This document shows, piece after piece, positions 56,625-64,000 of a stretch of DNA of 64,000 nt (the first letter of the stretch is position 1; every line of letters starts with the position of its first letter). This stretch comes from Thermoplasmata archaeon (GTDB lineage: Archaea > Thermoplasmatota > Thermoplasmata > Thermoplasmatales > GCA-001856825), in assembly GCA_049965815.1 (NCBI GenBank), contig JBMFVV010000007.1:328-64327 (forward strand), read 5' to 3'. The notes below the pieces were generated by a model. That model searched no databases. It saw only the letters and a list, made by a program, of their open reading frames with translations, and had not been told where the DNA came from. A program made the position numbers and the translations under genes.

Positions 56625-57776
56625 TTAATTTGAGAATTTAGGTGCCTGGGCTGGTTTCTTTTGTCCTAAATGTATCTCCTTCGCAAAGTGGCAGGCAACT
56701 GTGTGGCCTTCTTTTACTTCCACAAGCTTCGGTTCCTCTCTCGTGCATATCTCCTCTGCAAATCTGCATCTTGTGTGGAATCTGCATCCAGCAGGTGGAT
56801 TTGCTGGCGATGGGACGTCTCCGCTCAGTATGACTATGTTTCTTTTTCTCTCGGGATCCGGAACGGGTATTGCGGAAAGGAGCGCCTGTGTGTATGGATG
56901 CATAGGGTTTGCGAACAGATCTTCCGTACCTGACACCTCCACAATCTTCCCTAGGTACATCACGATTACCCTATCACTCACTGCCCTGATGACAGCCAGG
57001 TTGTGTGTTATGAACAGATAGGTCATTTCGTATTTCTGCTGAAGATGTTCAAGGAGGCTCAGAATCTGGGCTTGGACTGAAACATCTAAAGCAGATGTCG
57101 GCTCATCAAGCACAAGAAACTCAGGCCTTATCGAAATTGCCCTGGCAATTGCGATCCTCTGTCTCTGACCCCCTGAGAACTCGTGCGGAAATCTGAATAG
57201 ATGGTCATCGTTCAGGCCCATTTCGCTTATCATATCCTTAATGTAATTGTGCAGCTCTTCTCCCTTTATCTTTTTTCTCTTGCCATCTTCAGTTGGCACC
57301 CCGTTGATGATTATGGGTTCTGCTATGATGTCCTTTATGAGCATCCTCGGATCCAGAGACGAGACAGGGTCTTGGAACACTATTTGTACCTTTTTCCTGA
57401 ATTCTCTGTTTCTTTTCTTGTTCCTGTATACATCTTCTTTCTTCGCTTCATCAACTAGCTTCTTCTCTTCCTTCTTCAGTTCGGACGGCTTGTTTGTCTT
57501 GATGTTCTCGTAAAGCTCTGAAACCTTATCTGATATGGAATCCTCCGGATTATAGAAAAGGACTCCTGCAGTGGGTTCAGTCAGGTCCAGAAGAACCCTG
57601 CCTAATGTGGTTTTCCCACATCCTGATTCACCCACTAGTCCAACCGTTTCACCTTTGTAGATTTTGACATTTACGTCGTCAACAGCATAAACATATCCCA
57701 GAGTCCTTCCAGCAACGCCTCCTTTAATAGGGAAATATTTTCGGAGGCCTACTGCGTCTATCAGTACCTTACTCAT
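56625..57776 (-). CDS. oligopeptide/dipeptide ABC transporter ATP-binding protein (OppF/DppF-like)
   Basis: 383 aa from the ATG at 57776 (ATGA overlap with the upstream ATPase). Walker A GESGCGKTT, FSGGQRQR, LVLDEPTSALD. C-terminal Cys motif GCRFHTRCRFAEEIC...ACH. Lys/Glu-rich insertion between Walker A and the Q-loop. Confidence 0.85.
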   Translation of the reverse strand: MSKVLIDAVGLRKYFPIKGGVAGRTLGYVYAVDDVNVKIYKGETVGLVGESGCGKTTLGRVLLDLTEPTAGVLFYNPEDSISDKVSELYENIKTNKPSELKKEEKKLVDEAKKEDVYRNKKRNREFRKKVQIVFQDPVSSLDPRMLIKDIIAEPIIINGVPTEDGKRKKIKGEELHNYIKDMISEMGLNDDHLFRFPHEFSGGQRQRIAIARAISIRPEFLVLDEPTSALDVSVQAQILSLLEHLQQKYEMTYLFITHNLAVIRAVSDRVIVMYLGKIVEVSGTEDLFANPMHPYTQALLSAIPVPDPERKRNIVILSGDVPSPANPPAGCRFHTRCRFAEEICTREEPKLVEVKEGHTVACHFAKEIHLGQKKPAQAPKFSN

Positions 57777-59206
57777 TCTGCATTCACCTTTCCACTGAAC
57801 AGGTGGCATTCTACCGTATGCCCCTTAGAAACTTCTATCGAAACCGGCTTCTCAACCCTGCAGCGATCGAATGCGAATGGGCATCTTGGATGGAACCTGC
57901 ATCCCTGCGGGGGGTTTATGAGATTCGGCACATTGCCAGGGATGGTTTTCAATGTCTTGTTGGGATCGTCCACTCTCGGTATGGATTGGAGAAGACCGAT
58001 TGTGTAAGGATGCTTTGGGTTCTTGAAGAGTTCCTTGACATCTGCCATCTCAACTATATTTCCGGCATACATTACGGCAACCCTGTTACACGTCTCCGCA
58101 ATAACACCAAGATCGTGGGTAATGAGAATAATTGAAGTTCCGATGGCATCTTGAAGATCCCTGAGGAGTTTGAGTATCTGCGCCTGGATAGTGACATCCA
58201 GAGCTGTTGTCGGCTCGTCCGCTATCAAAACTTTAGGATTGTTTGCCAGTGCTATGGAGATGGTGACCCTCTGCAGCATCCCGCCCGATAGCTCGTGTGG
58301 GTAGCTTTTCAGGACTCCTCTAGGATTTGGAATATCAACGGATTCCAGCAGGCTGAAGCTTTCCCTCCTGGCTTCAATGAGCAGAGGATCCTTCTTGTTC
58401 CTTTTCATCTCTTTCGACATTTTGATGAGGTTGATCTTCTTGGATTCTTTAGCCAGTCTTTTTATGATCTCTTGCTGCGTGGCAGGATTAGGGTCTGTGA
58501 GCAGCTTATCCTCTAGTTCATCGTGTTCGATCGACTTTTTGAGCATCTCCTCATACTTCTGTTTTCTCCTTAAGAATCCCTTTGCTCCCTCGATCAACAG
58601 GTCCTGGTGGAACTTTATGGATTCTGCCCCTCTCGCTGTATTTTTTATCTTATCTATCTCTTCACCAAGTTCACCGTCAATATGCTCAATCTCTCCTCCA
58701 TCTCTCCATCTCTCAAGTTCTGATAGGTGTTCGCTCGCAGATTTCATTATCTTTAGAAGCTTTGTCCTGTTGTGAAGTAGGAGTGTTTCAGCGATCTGAT
58801 CTTCCACGGTGTATACAGGATTCAGGGCTGCCATGGGTTCTTGGAAGATCATAGATATGTATTTGCCCCTAATGGTGTTAAAGAAGAGCTCATTGTTCCT
58901 GATGACCTTGTAGTTGTGCTTTATCTTGATTCTCTTCTTTTGTATGAATCTTGCCTCATCTTTTATGTTCCTCATCAAATCAAGATTTCCCAGCCTTACC
59001 TCCCCGCCGACGACTCTCCCAGGAGGGTCTGGAATCAAGCGAGTAATGCTGTATGCAGTGACAGACTTGCCGCAGCCCGTTTCTCCAACAATGCCCAGAA
59101 CTTCTCCCTTCCCGACGGAAAATGAAACGTCCTCAAGCGCTTTTACGACTCCTTCATATATGAAGAACTGTGTTTTAAGATTTTTAACGACCAGTACATC
59201 TTCCAT
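57773..59206 (-). CDS. oligopeptide/dipeptide ABC transporter ATP-binding protein (OppD/DppD-like) with large insertions
   Basis: 477 aa. Walker A GETGCGKSV, Q-loop MIFQEP, LSGGMLQR, LIADEPTTALD. C-terminal GCRFHPRCPFAFDRC...ECH. About 120 extra residues lie between the Q-loop and the signature motif. Confidence 0.85.
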   Translation of the reverse strand: MEDVLVVKNLKTQFFIYEGVVKALEDVSFSVGKGEVLGIVGETGCGKSVTAYSITRLIPDPPGRVVGGEVRLGNLDLMRNIKDEARFIQKKRIKIKHNYKVIRNNELFFNTIRGKYISMIFQEPMAALNPVYTVEDQIAETLLLHNRTKLLKIMKSASEHLSELERWRDGGEIEHIDGELGEEIDKIKNTARGAESIKFHQDLLIEGAKGFLRRKQKYEEMLKKSIEHDELEDKLLTDPNPATQQEIIKRLAKESKKINLIKMSKEMKRNKKDPLLIEARRESFSLLESVDIPNPRGVLKSYPHELSGGMLQRVTISIALANNPKVLIADEPTTALDVTIQAQILKLLRDLQDAIGTSIILITHDLGVIAETCNRVAVMYAGNIVEMADVKELFKNPKHPYTIGLLQSIPRVDDPNKTLKTIPGNVPNLINPPQGCRFHPRCPFAFDRCRVEKPVSIEVSKGHTVECHLFSGKVNAE

Positions 59207-59211
59207 GATAT

Positions 59212-60156
59212 TTACCTCCTCAGCCTCGGATCAGTGACATCCCTGAGGCCATCGCCCATCAGGTTCAGGCTGACGACAAGTATCAAAATTGCAAGTGCGG
59301 GTATCACGACCGTCCACCAGTAATGCGTTATGGCAGGGATCCCGCTACTGAATGTAGTGGCAATCGAAATTATATTTCCCCACTCTGGTGTCCAGTAACC
59401 AGCGAATCCAACACCAAGGAAAAACAGTGCAGCCATAGTAAGAATCACATTTCCAAAATCAAGGGATACCTGTACAAATATTGGGTATATGGAATTTGGA
59501 ATTATGTGCCTTAGTATCGTTCTGACTGAAGAAGAGCCTGCTGCAACCGAAGCTTCAACGTACTTCAGTTCCCTTACTGATAGGACCTGGCCTCTTACGA
59601 TCCTGGTATATGTTGGCCACCAGATCACTATGAGCGCAAGAACCATTACGTTCAGCGTTCTTGAAAAGATGACCAGGAAAGCAATAGCCAAAACAAGCGA
59701 TGGAATTGAAAGGAATATGTCCGTAACCCTCATTATCACCTCTCCCGTCAGTCCTCCCTTATACCCTGCTATGCTACCCAGGAAAGTTCCTATGACTGCT
59801 CCGCTCAGGACTACTATTGCTGCGACCATTAGGTCTATTCTTGCAGCTTTCACCACCCCATTAAAAATATCATACCCCTCGAAAGTTGTTCCAAAAGGGA
59901 AATACCTTGACGGAGGTTGAGGGACATTATATATATACTGTCCATGGAACGACAAGAACTGCGTCATTTTCCACGGGTTTCCACCAAGAACTATCGGTCC
60001 AAAGATCGCTACCAGTACATAGAAGAGCACGACAGTCAGGCCGATAGTGGCAATTGGGCTTCTGGTATAGAAATAGAAAGTTTTAGCGAACGATTGGAAC
60101 CTAATCCTGATCGACCTGGCTACATTGGAGCCTGCTGAGTTTGAGCTAGCTGTCAT
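59212..60156 (-). CDS. oligopeptide/dipeptide ABC transporter permease (OppC/DppC-like)
   Basis: 314 aa, six TM segments. BPD_transp_1 EAA-like region (YVEASVAAGSSSVRTILRHIIPN). Confidence 0.85.
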   Translation of the reverse strand: MTASSNSAGSNVARSIRIRFQSFAKTFYFYTRSPIATIGLTVVLFYVLVAIFGPIVLGGNPWKMTQFLSFHGQYIYNVPQPPSRYFPFGTTFEGYDIFNGVVKAARIDLMVAAIVVLSGAVIGTFLGSIAGYKGGLTGEVIMRVTDIFLSIPSLVLAIAFLVIFSRTLNVMVLALIVIWWPTYTRIVRGQVLSVRELKYVEASVAAGSSSVRTILRHIIPNSIYPIFVQVSLDFGNVILTMAALFFLGVGFAGYWTPEWGNIISIATTFSSGIPAITHYWWTVVIPALAILILVVSLNLMGDGLRDVTDPRLRR

Positions 60157-61247
60157 TCCAGCCTCACCCTAGGATCAAGCACAGAGTAAAGTATGTCCAC
60201 TATCAAATTGGCACTTACGATTATCAGTGTGAATACAAATGTTATAGCGATTATGGAGGCCATGTCTCCTCCAACGGCAGCGTAGTATGCCCACCTGCCC
60301 ATGCCGGGCCAGCCAAATACGGTTTCGGTGAGAACAACGCCTCCCAGCAACCCTGCGAATGTCAGTCCCATCACTGTCGTGGTCGCTCCCAGTGCATTCC
60401 TCCTGACGTGCTTCCTTATCACGAAGTACTCCGGAACTCCCTTAGACCTTGCAGTCCTTATGAAATCCTGTCCCATTACTTCCAGCATACTGCCTCTCAT
60501 GAACCTGATTATTACGCCGAAAGTACCAAACGCCACAACAAGAGCCGGCCAGAAGACCGTCCACAGTCCTGCCAGAAATGCTCGCCAGTCTCCGTATATC
60601 AGGGTGTCTATGAGCAAGAAATCCGTTGGCCTGGTAAGCCCGCTAACATTGGGGTTTATCCAGGGCTCCAGCGTGTTGGTGCCTGGGATATAGTAATAGG
60701 CAATCGGTATCTGCCCAGTTCCCTGCAGCCTGAGAGCTGCGGGAAGCACAGAGGCAGGTCCCATGACCATCAGTACCAGAAGTCCGACGAAGAAAAGGGG
60801 AACTGAGACTCCAACCATTGCCACTACTCTGGTGGCCTGGTCAGTTAGTCTGTCTTTTTTGACTGCGCTAAAAACTCCAAGAGGAATTCCCATTATAATG
60901 ATCAGCAAGATGGCAATTGCCGCAAGCTCAATCGTAGGCGGGAACCTCCTCATAAATTCTGTGACCACTGGGGTGTAGGCATCAGCCTGCTCGGCAGGAG
61001 ATAGTATTCCCCAGTTCCCAGTAAACAGGGCACCTAGGTAGTAAAAATACTGAGTAAAAATAGGTCCATTAAGGTGGAGCATCGCCTTGACGGCGGCAAT
61101 GTGAGCGGGTGTTCTTACCTTTCCAAGGTAACCATCAATGAGTAATGCCATATTGGCGTGGGCGAGAAAAAACGTCACTACCGTTACGCCTAGTATGACG
61201 GGGATTAGAAGAAGCAATCTTCTGATCACATAAACGTACATCTTCAA
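60153..61247 (-). CDS. oligopeptide/dipeptide ABC transporter permease (OppB/DppB-like)
   Basis: 364 aa. MYVYVIRRLLLLIPVILGVTVVTFFL is the typical OppB N-terminus. EAA-like region FIRTARSKGVPEYFVIRKHVRRNAL. 4 nt overlap with oppC. Confidence 0.85.
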   Translation of the reverse strand: MKMYVYVIRRLLLLIPVILGVTVVTFFLAHANMALLIDGYLGKVRTPAHIAAVKAMLHLNGPIFTQYFYYLGALFTGNWGILSPAEQADAYTPVVTEFMRRFPPTIELAAIAILLIIIMGIPLGVFSAVKKDRLTDQATRVVAMVGVSVPLFFVGLLVLMVMGPASVLPAALRLQGTGQIPIAYYYIPGTNTLEPWINPNVSGLTRPTDFLLIDTLIYGDWRAFLAGLWTVFWPALVVAFGTFGVIIRFMRGSMLEVMGQDFIRTARSKGVPEYFVIRKHVRRNALGATTTVMGLTFAGLLGGVVLTETVFGWPGMGRWAYYAAVGGDMASIIAITFVFTLIIVSANLIVDILYSVLDPRVRLE

Positions 61248-61335
61248 TATAGCTCACCGTCCCACGAAAATGGAAAACTGGTTAATAAACATAATTCACA
61301 AATATTTGGAGTATTGTGATCCTCCGCATCTATGA

Positions 61336-62262
61336 CTAGAGAACATACTTGCCTATCTCTTTTGGAAAGAGTACTACCTCACATATATCTTTGGACCCTA
61401 CGATGAATCTGACAAGTCTTTCAATCCCGATTCCGAACCCTGCAGAGGGGGGTATGCCCCTCTTTGAAGCCTCAAGAAGCAATGAATAATCTTCCTTTCT
61501 CTGTCCCTTCTTCGCTATGCGTTCAAGAATCCTGTCGTATAGATACTCTCTCTCTCCCCCGCTTATGGCTTCTCCGTACCCGTGAGGGTATATGAGGTCC
61601 ATATCCATGAGCACCCCTTTCTCATCGTCTTTTTCTCTGTCATAGAATTCTCTTTCTTCCAGCGGGATGTCTATAATCCAAAAGGGTTCCCTTGCTTCAG
61701 AGCTCATTATTGACTCGAAGTCTTTACCATATGCACTCACTGCGTCAAGATATCTGACCCTTCTGTATGGTCTTGAATACCTTTTCAGGTACGGGTTGAG
61801 CAGATCAGGTTCGATTGTCCTTTTTACTTTAGAAATTGAATAATTCAGCATTTCCTCTGCTATTCCCATCACAAACTCCCTGTCCTTGTCTCTCACTTCT
61901 AGATCAAGCTGAGTGAATTCCGCAAGATGTCTTCCCGTACTCTTCCTTTCCACGGGTTCAATTCTTATATTGGGGGAAAAGGAATATATCCTGCTGAAAT
62001 GAATAAGGGCAAGTTGTTTATGAAAAATCATAGATTTTGTCAATCTGTACTTGTAGCCATAGTAACTTAGAACTGGGTCGTCCACCGGATGATTCAGTGG
62101 GTCAGATATCGGGGATATAATCACTGGGTTGATTTCAAGAAATCCCTTTTCGTCCAGGTAGTGCTTCATGCTTCCCCTTACTATGGTGTTAACCCTGGTC
62201 CCTGTCAGTAGCTTAGTTTTGTCCTTCTCAATGAACTCATCTATCAGACTTTCTTCAGCCAT
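61336..62262 (-). CDS. asnA: archaeal asparagine synthetase A (AsnRS-paralogue, class II aaRS catalytic core without an anticodon-binding domain)
   Basis: ~308 aa from the ATG at 62262 (MAEESLIDEF...). SPNIRIEP, AEFTQLDLE, EFYDRE, SGGEREY and GFGIGIERLVRFIVGSKDICEVVLFP are class II motifs, as in Pyrococcus AsnA (recalled from memory). Confidence 0.7.
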   Translation of the reverse strand: MAEESLIDEFIEKDKTKLLTGTRVNTIVRGSMKHYLDEKGFLEINPVIISPISDPLNHPVDDPVLSYYGYKYRLTKSMIFHKQLALIHFSRIYSFSPNIRIEPVERKSTGRHLAEFTQLDLEVRDKDREFVMGIAEEMLNYSISKVKRTIEPDLLNPYLKRYSRPYRRVRYLDAVSAYGKDFESIMSSEAREPFWIIDIPLEEREFYDREKDDEKGVLMDMDLIYPHGYGEAISGGEREYLYDRILERIAKKGQRKEDYSLLLEASKRGIPPSAGFGIGIERLVRFIVGSKDICEVVLFPKEIGKYVL

Positions 62263-62357
62263 ACACACTTCAATCATTAATATCATATTACTTTTGGTTC
62301 AAGAAATATTAACATGATGAATGATAAATGTTAAATTTTAAACTTAATATTGACATT

Positions 62358-62801
62358 ATGAAGGAATTGGACGAAATTGATAATCAAATTGTAGATTACT
62401 TGAGAAACAACGGGAGAGACAGAATTACAGAGATTGCTGACCAGCTGAAGCTTAACAGAGTGACAGTGGCCCAGAGATTGGAAAGACTTGTGAAAACTGG
62501 TGTAATCAGGGGATTCACAGTAAAGCTAAATTATGAATCCATGGGACTGGATGTTCTTGCCTTCGTCTTCATTTCTTTTAAGAAGGCCGGCAAAATGACA
62601 CAGGAGGAACTGGCCCAGATGATTTCCAGACTGGGAGGCGTGGAGGAAGTGCATATCATTGCGGGAGAATTTGACATCATCGCAAAGGTAAGGGCAAAAA
62701 ATCTGAGAGAACTTGGTGAGAAGGTTGTGAACAGGATCAGAGGAATTTCCGGAGTTGAGAACACTTTTTCCCATATCGTTTTCCAGACGATTATAGATTA
62801 G
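62358..62801 (+). CDS. Lrp/AsnC-family transcription regulator
   Basis: 147 aa from the ATG at 62358. LDEIDNQIVDYLRNNGRDRITEIADQLKLNRVTVAQRLERLVKTGVI HTH plus a RAM domain. Divergent from the asnA-like gene. Confidence 0.85.
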   Translation: MKELDEIDNQIVDYLRNNGRDRITEIADQLKLNRVTVAQRLERLVKTGVIRGFTVKLNYESMGLDVLAFVFISFKKAGKMTQEELAQMISRLGGVEEVHIIAGEFDIIAKVRAKNLRELGEKVVNRIRGISGVENTFSHIVFQTIID

Positions 62802-62840
62802 GTTCGCTAACAACAACGAACCCCCACATTCTTAAAATAT

Positions 62841-63929
62841 TTATTGTGTCAGGTTTGAGATGAAATCAGCGATGGCAATGGGAAACCTTATAGGAATGGA
62901 ATAAAGCATGTAGAGCAACGTCTTCGAAGGATAATCAACGTCTCCGACCCTATTGATCCCAGGAATGCTTGAAATTACAAGAGGTACCCACAGATCGTAA
63001 TATTTCTCATACTTGTCAAGAAGCTTCCGTATTCTGTAATCCCTCCTTATCTCCGTACCAAAGGAATTCTTCCAGCCGTTTTGGTAATCTTGAAGAACAT
63101 CATTTCCTTTCTCGATTGCGCTGGCCAGTACATTTCCGGAGTCGAGAGCTGCAAAAAGGCCGCCTCCAGTTGTGGCCTTGCTGAGTCCTGCAGCATCTCC
63201 TATCAGGAAGCATCTTTCTCTTCCCAGTTCAGTGGAACCGATAGGTATCAATCCCCCCCTCTTGAGAGTTATAGCGTCCCTCCCAGCCATACCTTTCACA
63301 ACTTCCTCGCTATTTGTTCCCGATGCACCTACTTCCACCTCGTTTCCGTTAGGTATTTCCCACGAGAAAAAATCTGGAGTAATCTTGCGATTTAGATTGA
63401 TTTTTACCCTGTCTGTCTTCCGCAGCAGGTCATACTGAAGTGAAGCGAGGAGTCTTGGAGCTCTTATGCCGAGATTTCTCCTAACGGGGCTAGTTGGTCC
63501 ATCGGCTCCTATCAGGAATTTGGATTCAACTGTTTCATACCCTTTCCTGGACTTAAGTGTTGCAACTACGCCTTTCTCTCCCTGCTGGAATCCGGTCAAC
63601 ATGGTCATCAGCGACAGCTCTGCCCCTTCTGATTGCGCCATCGATGCGAGCTTCTGGTCCAGCGCAACTCTGTCTACGACTCGCATTCTATCGGACTTTA
63701 GACGGAATGAACCGACGGGAGTAGATATCTCTGCGGCGGACGGCCTGTCTGTGACAAGATCCTCGCCGACTATATCTACGACTCTCTTATCCACCAGCCC
63801 TGAGCAGTGATTGGGGACTCCCACCTTTTCCTTGATATCTACCATCCTTACCTTGAATCCCCTCTTCGAGAGTTGATAGGAAACGTTAGATCCAGCAGGT
63901 CCAGCGCCTATCACGAGAGCATCATACAC
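62841..63929 (-). CDS. FAD-dependent oxidoreductase, geranylgeranyl reductase family
   Basis: 362 aa. MYDALVIGAGPAGSNVSYQLSKRGFKVRMVD dinucleotide-binding motif, and LIGDAAGL (the GD motif typical of the GGR/FixC family). Confidence 0.7.
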   Translation of the reverse strand: MYDALVIGAGPAGSNVSYQLSKRGFKVRMVDIKEKVGVPNHCSGLVDKRVVDIVGEDLVTDRPSAAEISTPVGSFRLKSDRMRVVDRVALDQKLASMAQSEGAELSLMTMLTGFQQGEKGVVATLKSRKGYETVESKFLIGADGPTSPVRRNLGIRAPRLLASLQYDLLRKTDRVKINLNRKITPDFFSWEIPNGNEVEVGASGTNSEEVVKGMAGRDAITLKRGGLIPIGSTELGRERCFLIGDAAGLSKATTGGGLFAALDSGNVLASAIEKGNDVLQDYQNGWKNSFGTEIRRDYRIRKLLDKYEKYYDLWVPLVISSIPGINRVGDVDYPSKTLLYMLYSIPIRFPIAIADFISNLTQ

Positions 63930-63983
63930 CCGAACCCATTAAAACTTAAGTATTAAAATTGAATGGACAGGAAAGGTGCAATA

Positions 63984-64000
63984 ATGGCGAGGATGCATAC
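63984..64000 (+). CDS. probable ribosomal protein uS15, first 5 codons only (runs off the right edge)
   Basis: ATG GCG AGG ATG CAT AC = MARMH, preceded by GAAAGGTG. Archaeal S15 proteins begin MARMHARK... (recalled). Only 17 nt lie within the window. Confidence 0.35.

Noticed and set aside
1-64000. Stop-codon reassignment (TAA/TAG read-through, pyrrolysine), suggested by three in-frame stops (41077, 40122, 28378).
   Set aside because: About 60 well-recognised genes in the window terminate normally at TAA, TAG and TGA with family-typical C-termini. The interrupted ORFs cluster in a decayed island or spacer, and one also has a frameshift. Pseudogenisation is the simpler explanation.
1-64000. 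CRISPR arrays, rRNA genes, integrase or recombinase genes.
   Set aside because: No regularly spaced direct repeats, no rRNA-like sequence, and no tyrosine or serine recombinase motifs were seen in any listed ORF or spacer I read.

Overview
This 64 kb window looks like an archaeal chromosome segment, probably from a Thermoplasmata-like organism (inference from gene content). The supporting genes are aTrm56, archaeal AspRS with the C-terminal FPRDRTRITP motif, a split transketolase plus a small transaldolase, MptA, a geranylgeranyl-reductase-family gene, an archaeal AsnA paralogue, an Lhr helicase, a RecJ/GAN-like DHH protein, and heavily N-x-S/T-decorated surface proteins. About 60 protein genes are tightly packed, many with 4-8 nt overlaps. 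Most are housekeeping: prs, aspS, pdxT, gcvT, carAB, mdh, citrate synthase, pentose-phosphate genes, and P5C dehydrogenase. Transport is represented by three ABC systems, including a complete Opp/Dpp-type operon. RNA genes are tRNA-Phe(GAA), tRNA-Arg(CCU), and a textbook C/D box sRNA that I found by eye in an otherwise empty 520 bp spacer. The only clearly accessory stretch is about 34.4-41.8 kb. It holds an IS1634-like element (28 bp inverted repeats, 6 bp target duplication, frameshifted transposase). It also holds an IS5-like element that truncates a cation/proton antiporter and carries an extra divergent ORF. Next to these is an AT-rich, largely decayed island abutting the 3' end of tRNA-Arg. 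That island contains a reconstructable type IV-restriction-like pseudogene (DUF3578/MrcB-N plus a NucS-like PD-(D/E)xK domain, with one in-frame TAA and one frameshift). I did not find an intact multi-gene system that I can call novel with confidence. The most interesting candidates are the C/D sRNA, the compact DsrE-TusA-SQR sulfur module, two unusual gene fusions (Trm56-HD and PPAT-YjjX NTPase), a DHH-like gene translationally coupled to the pentose-phosphate operon, large insertions in the OppD/OppF ATPases, and the decayed island. No CRISPR array, rRNA or integrase was seen. All calls rest on reading the sequence and translations by eye; no database searches were run.
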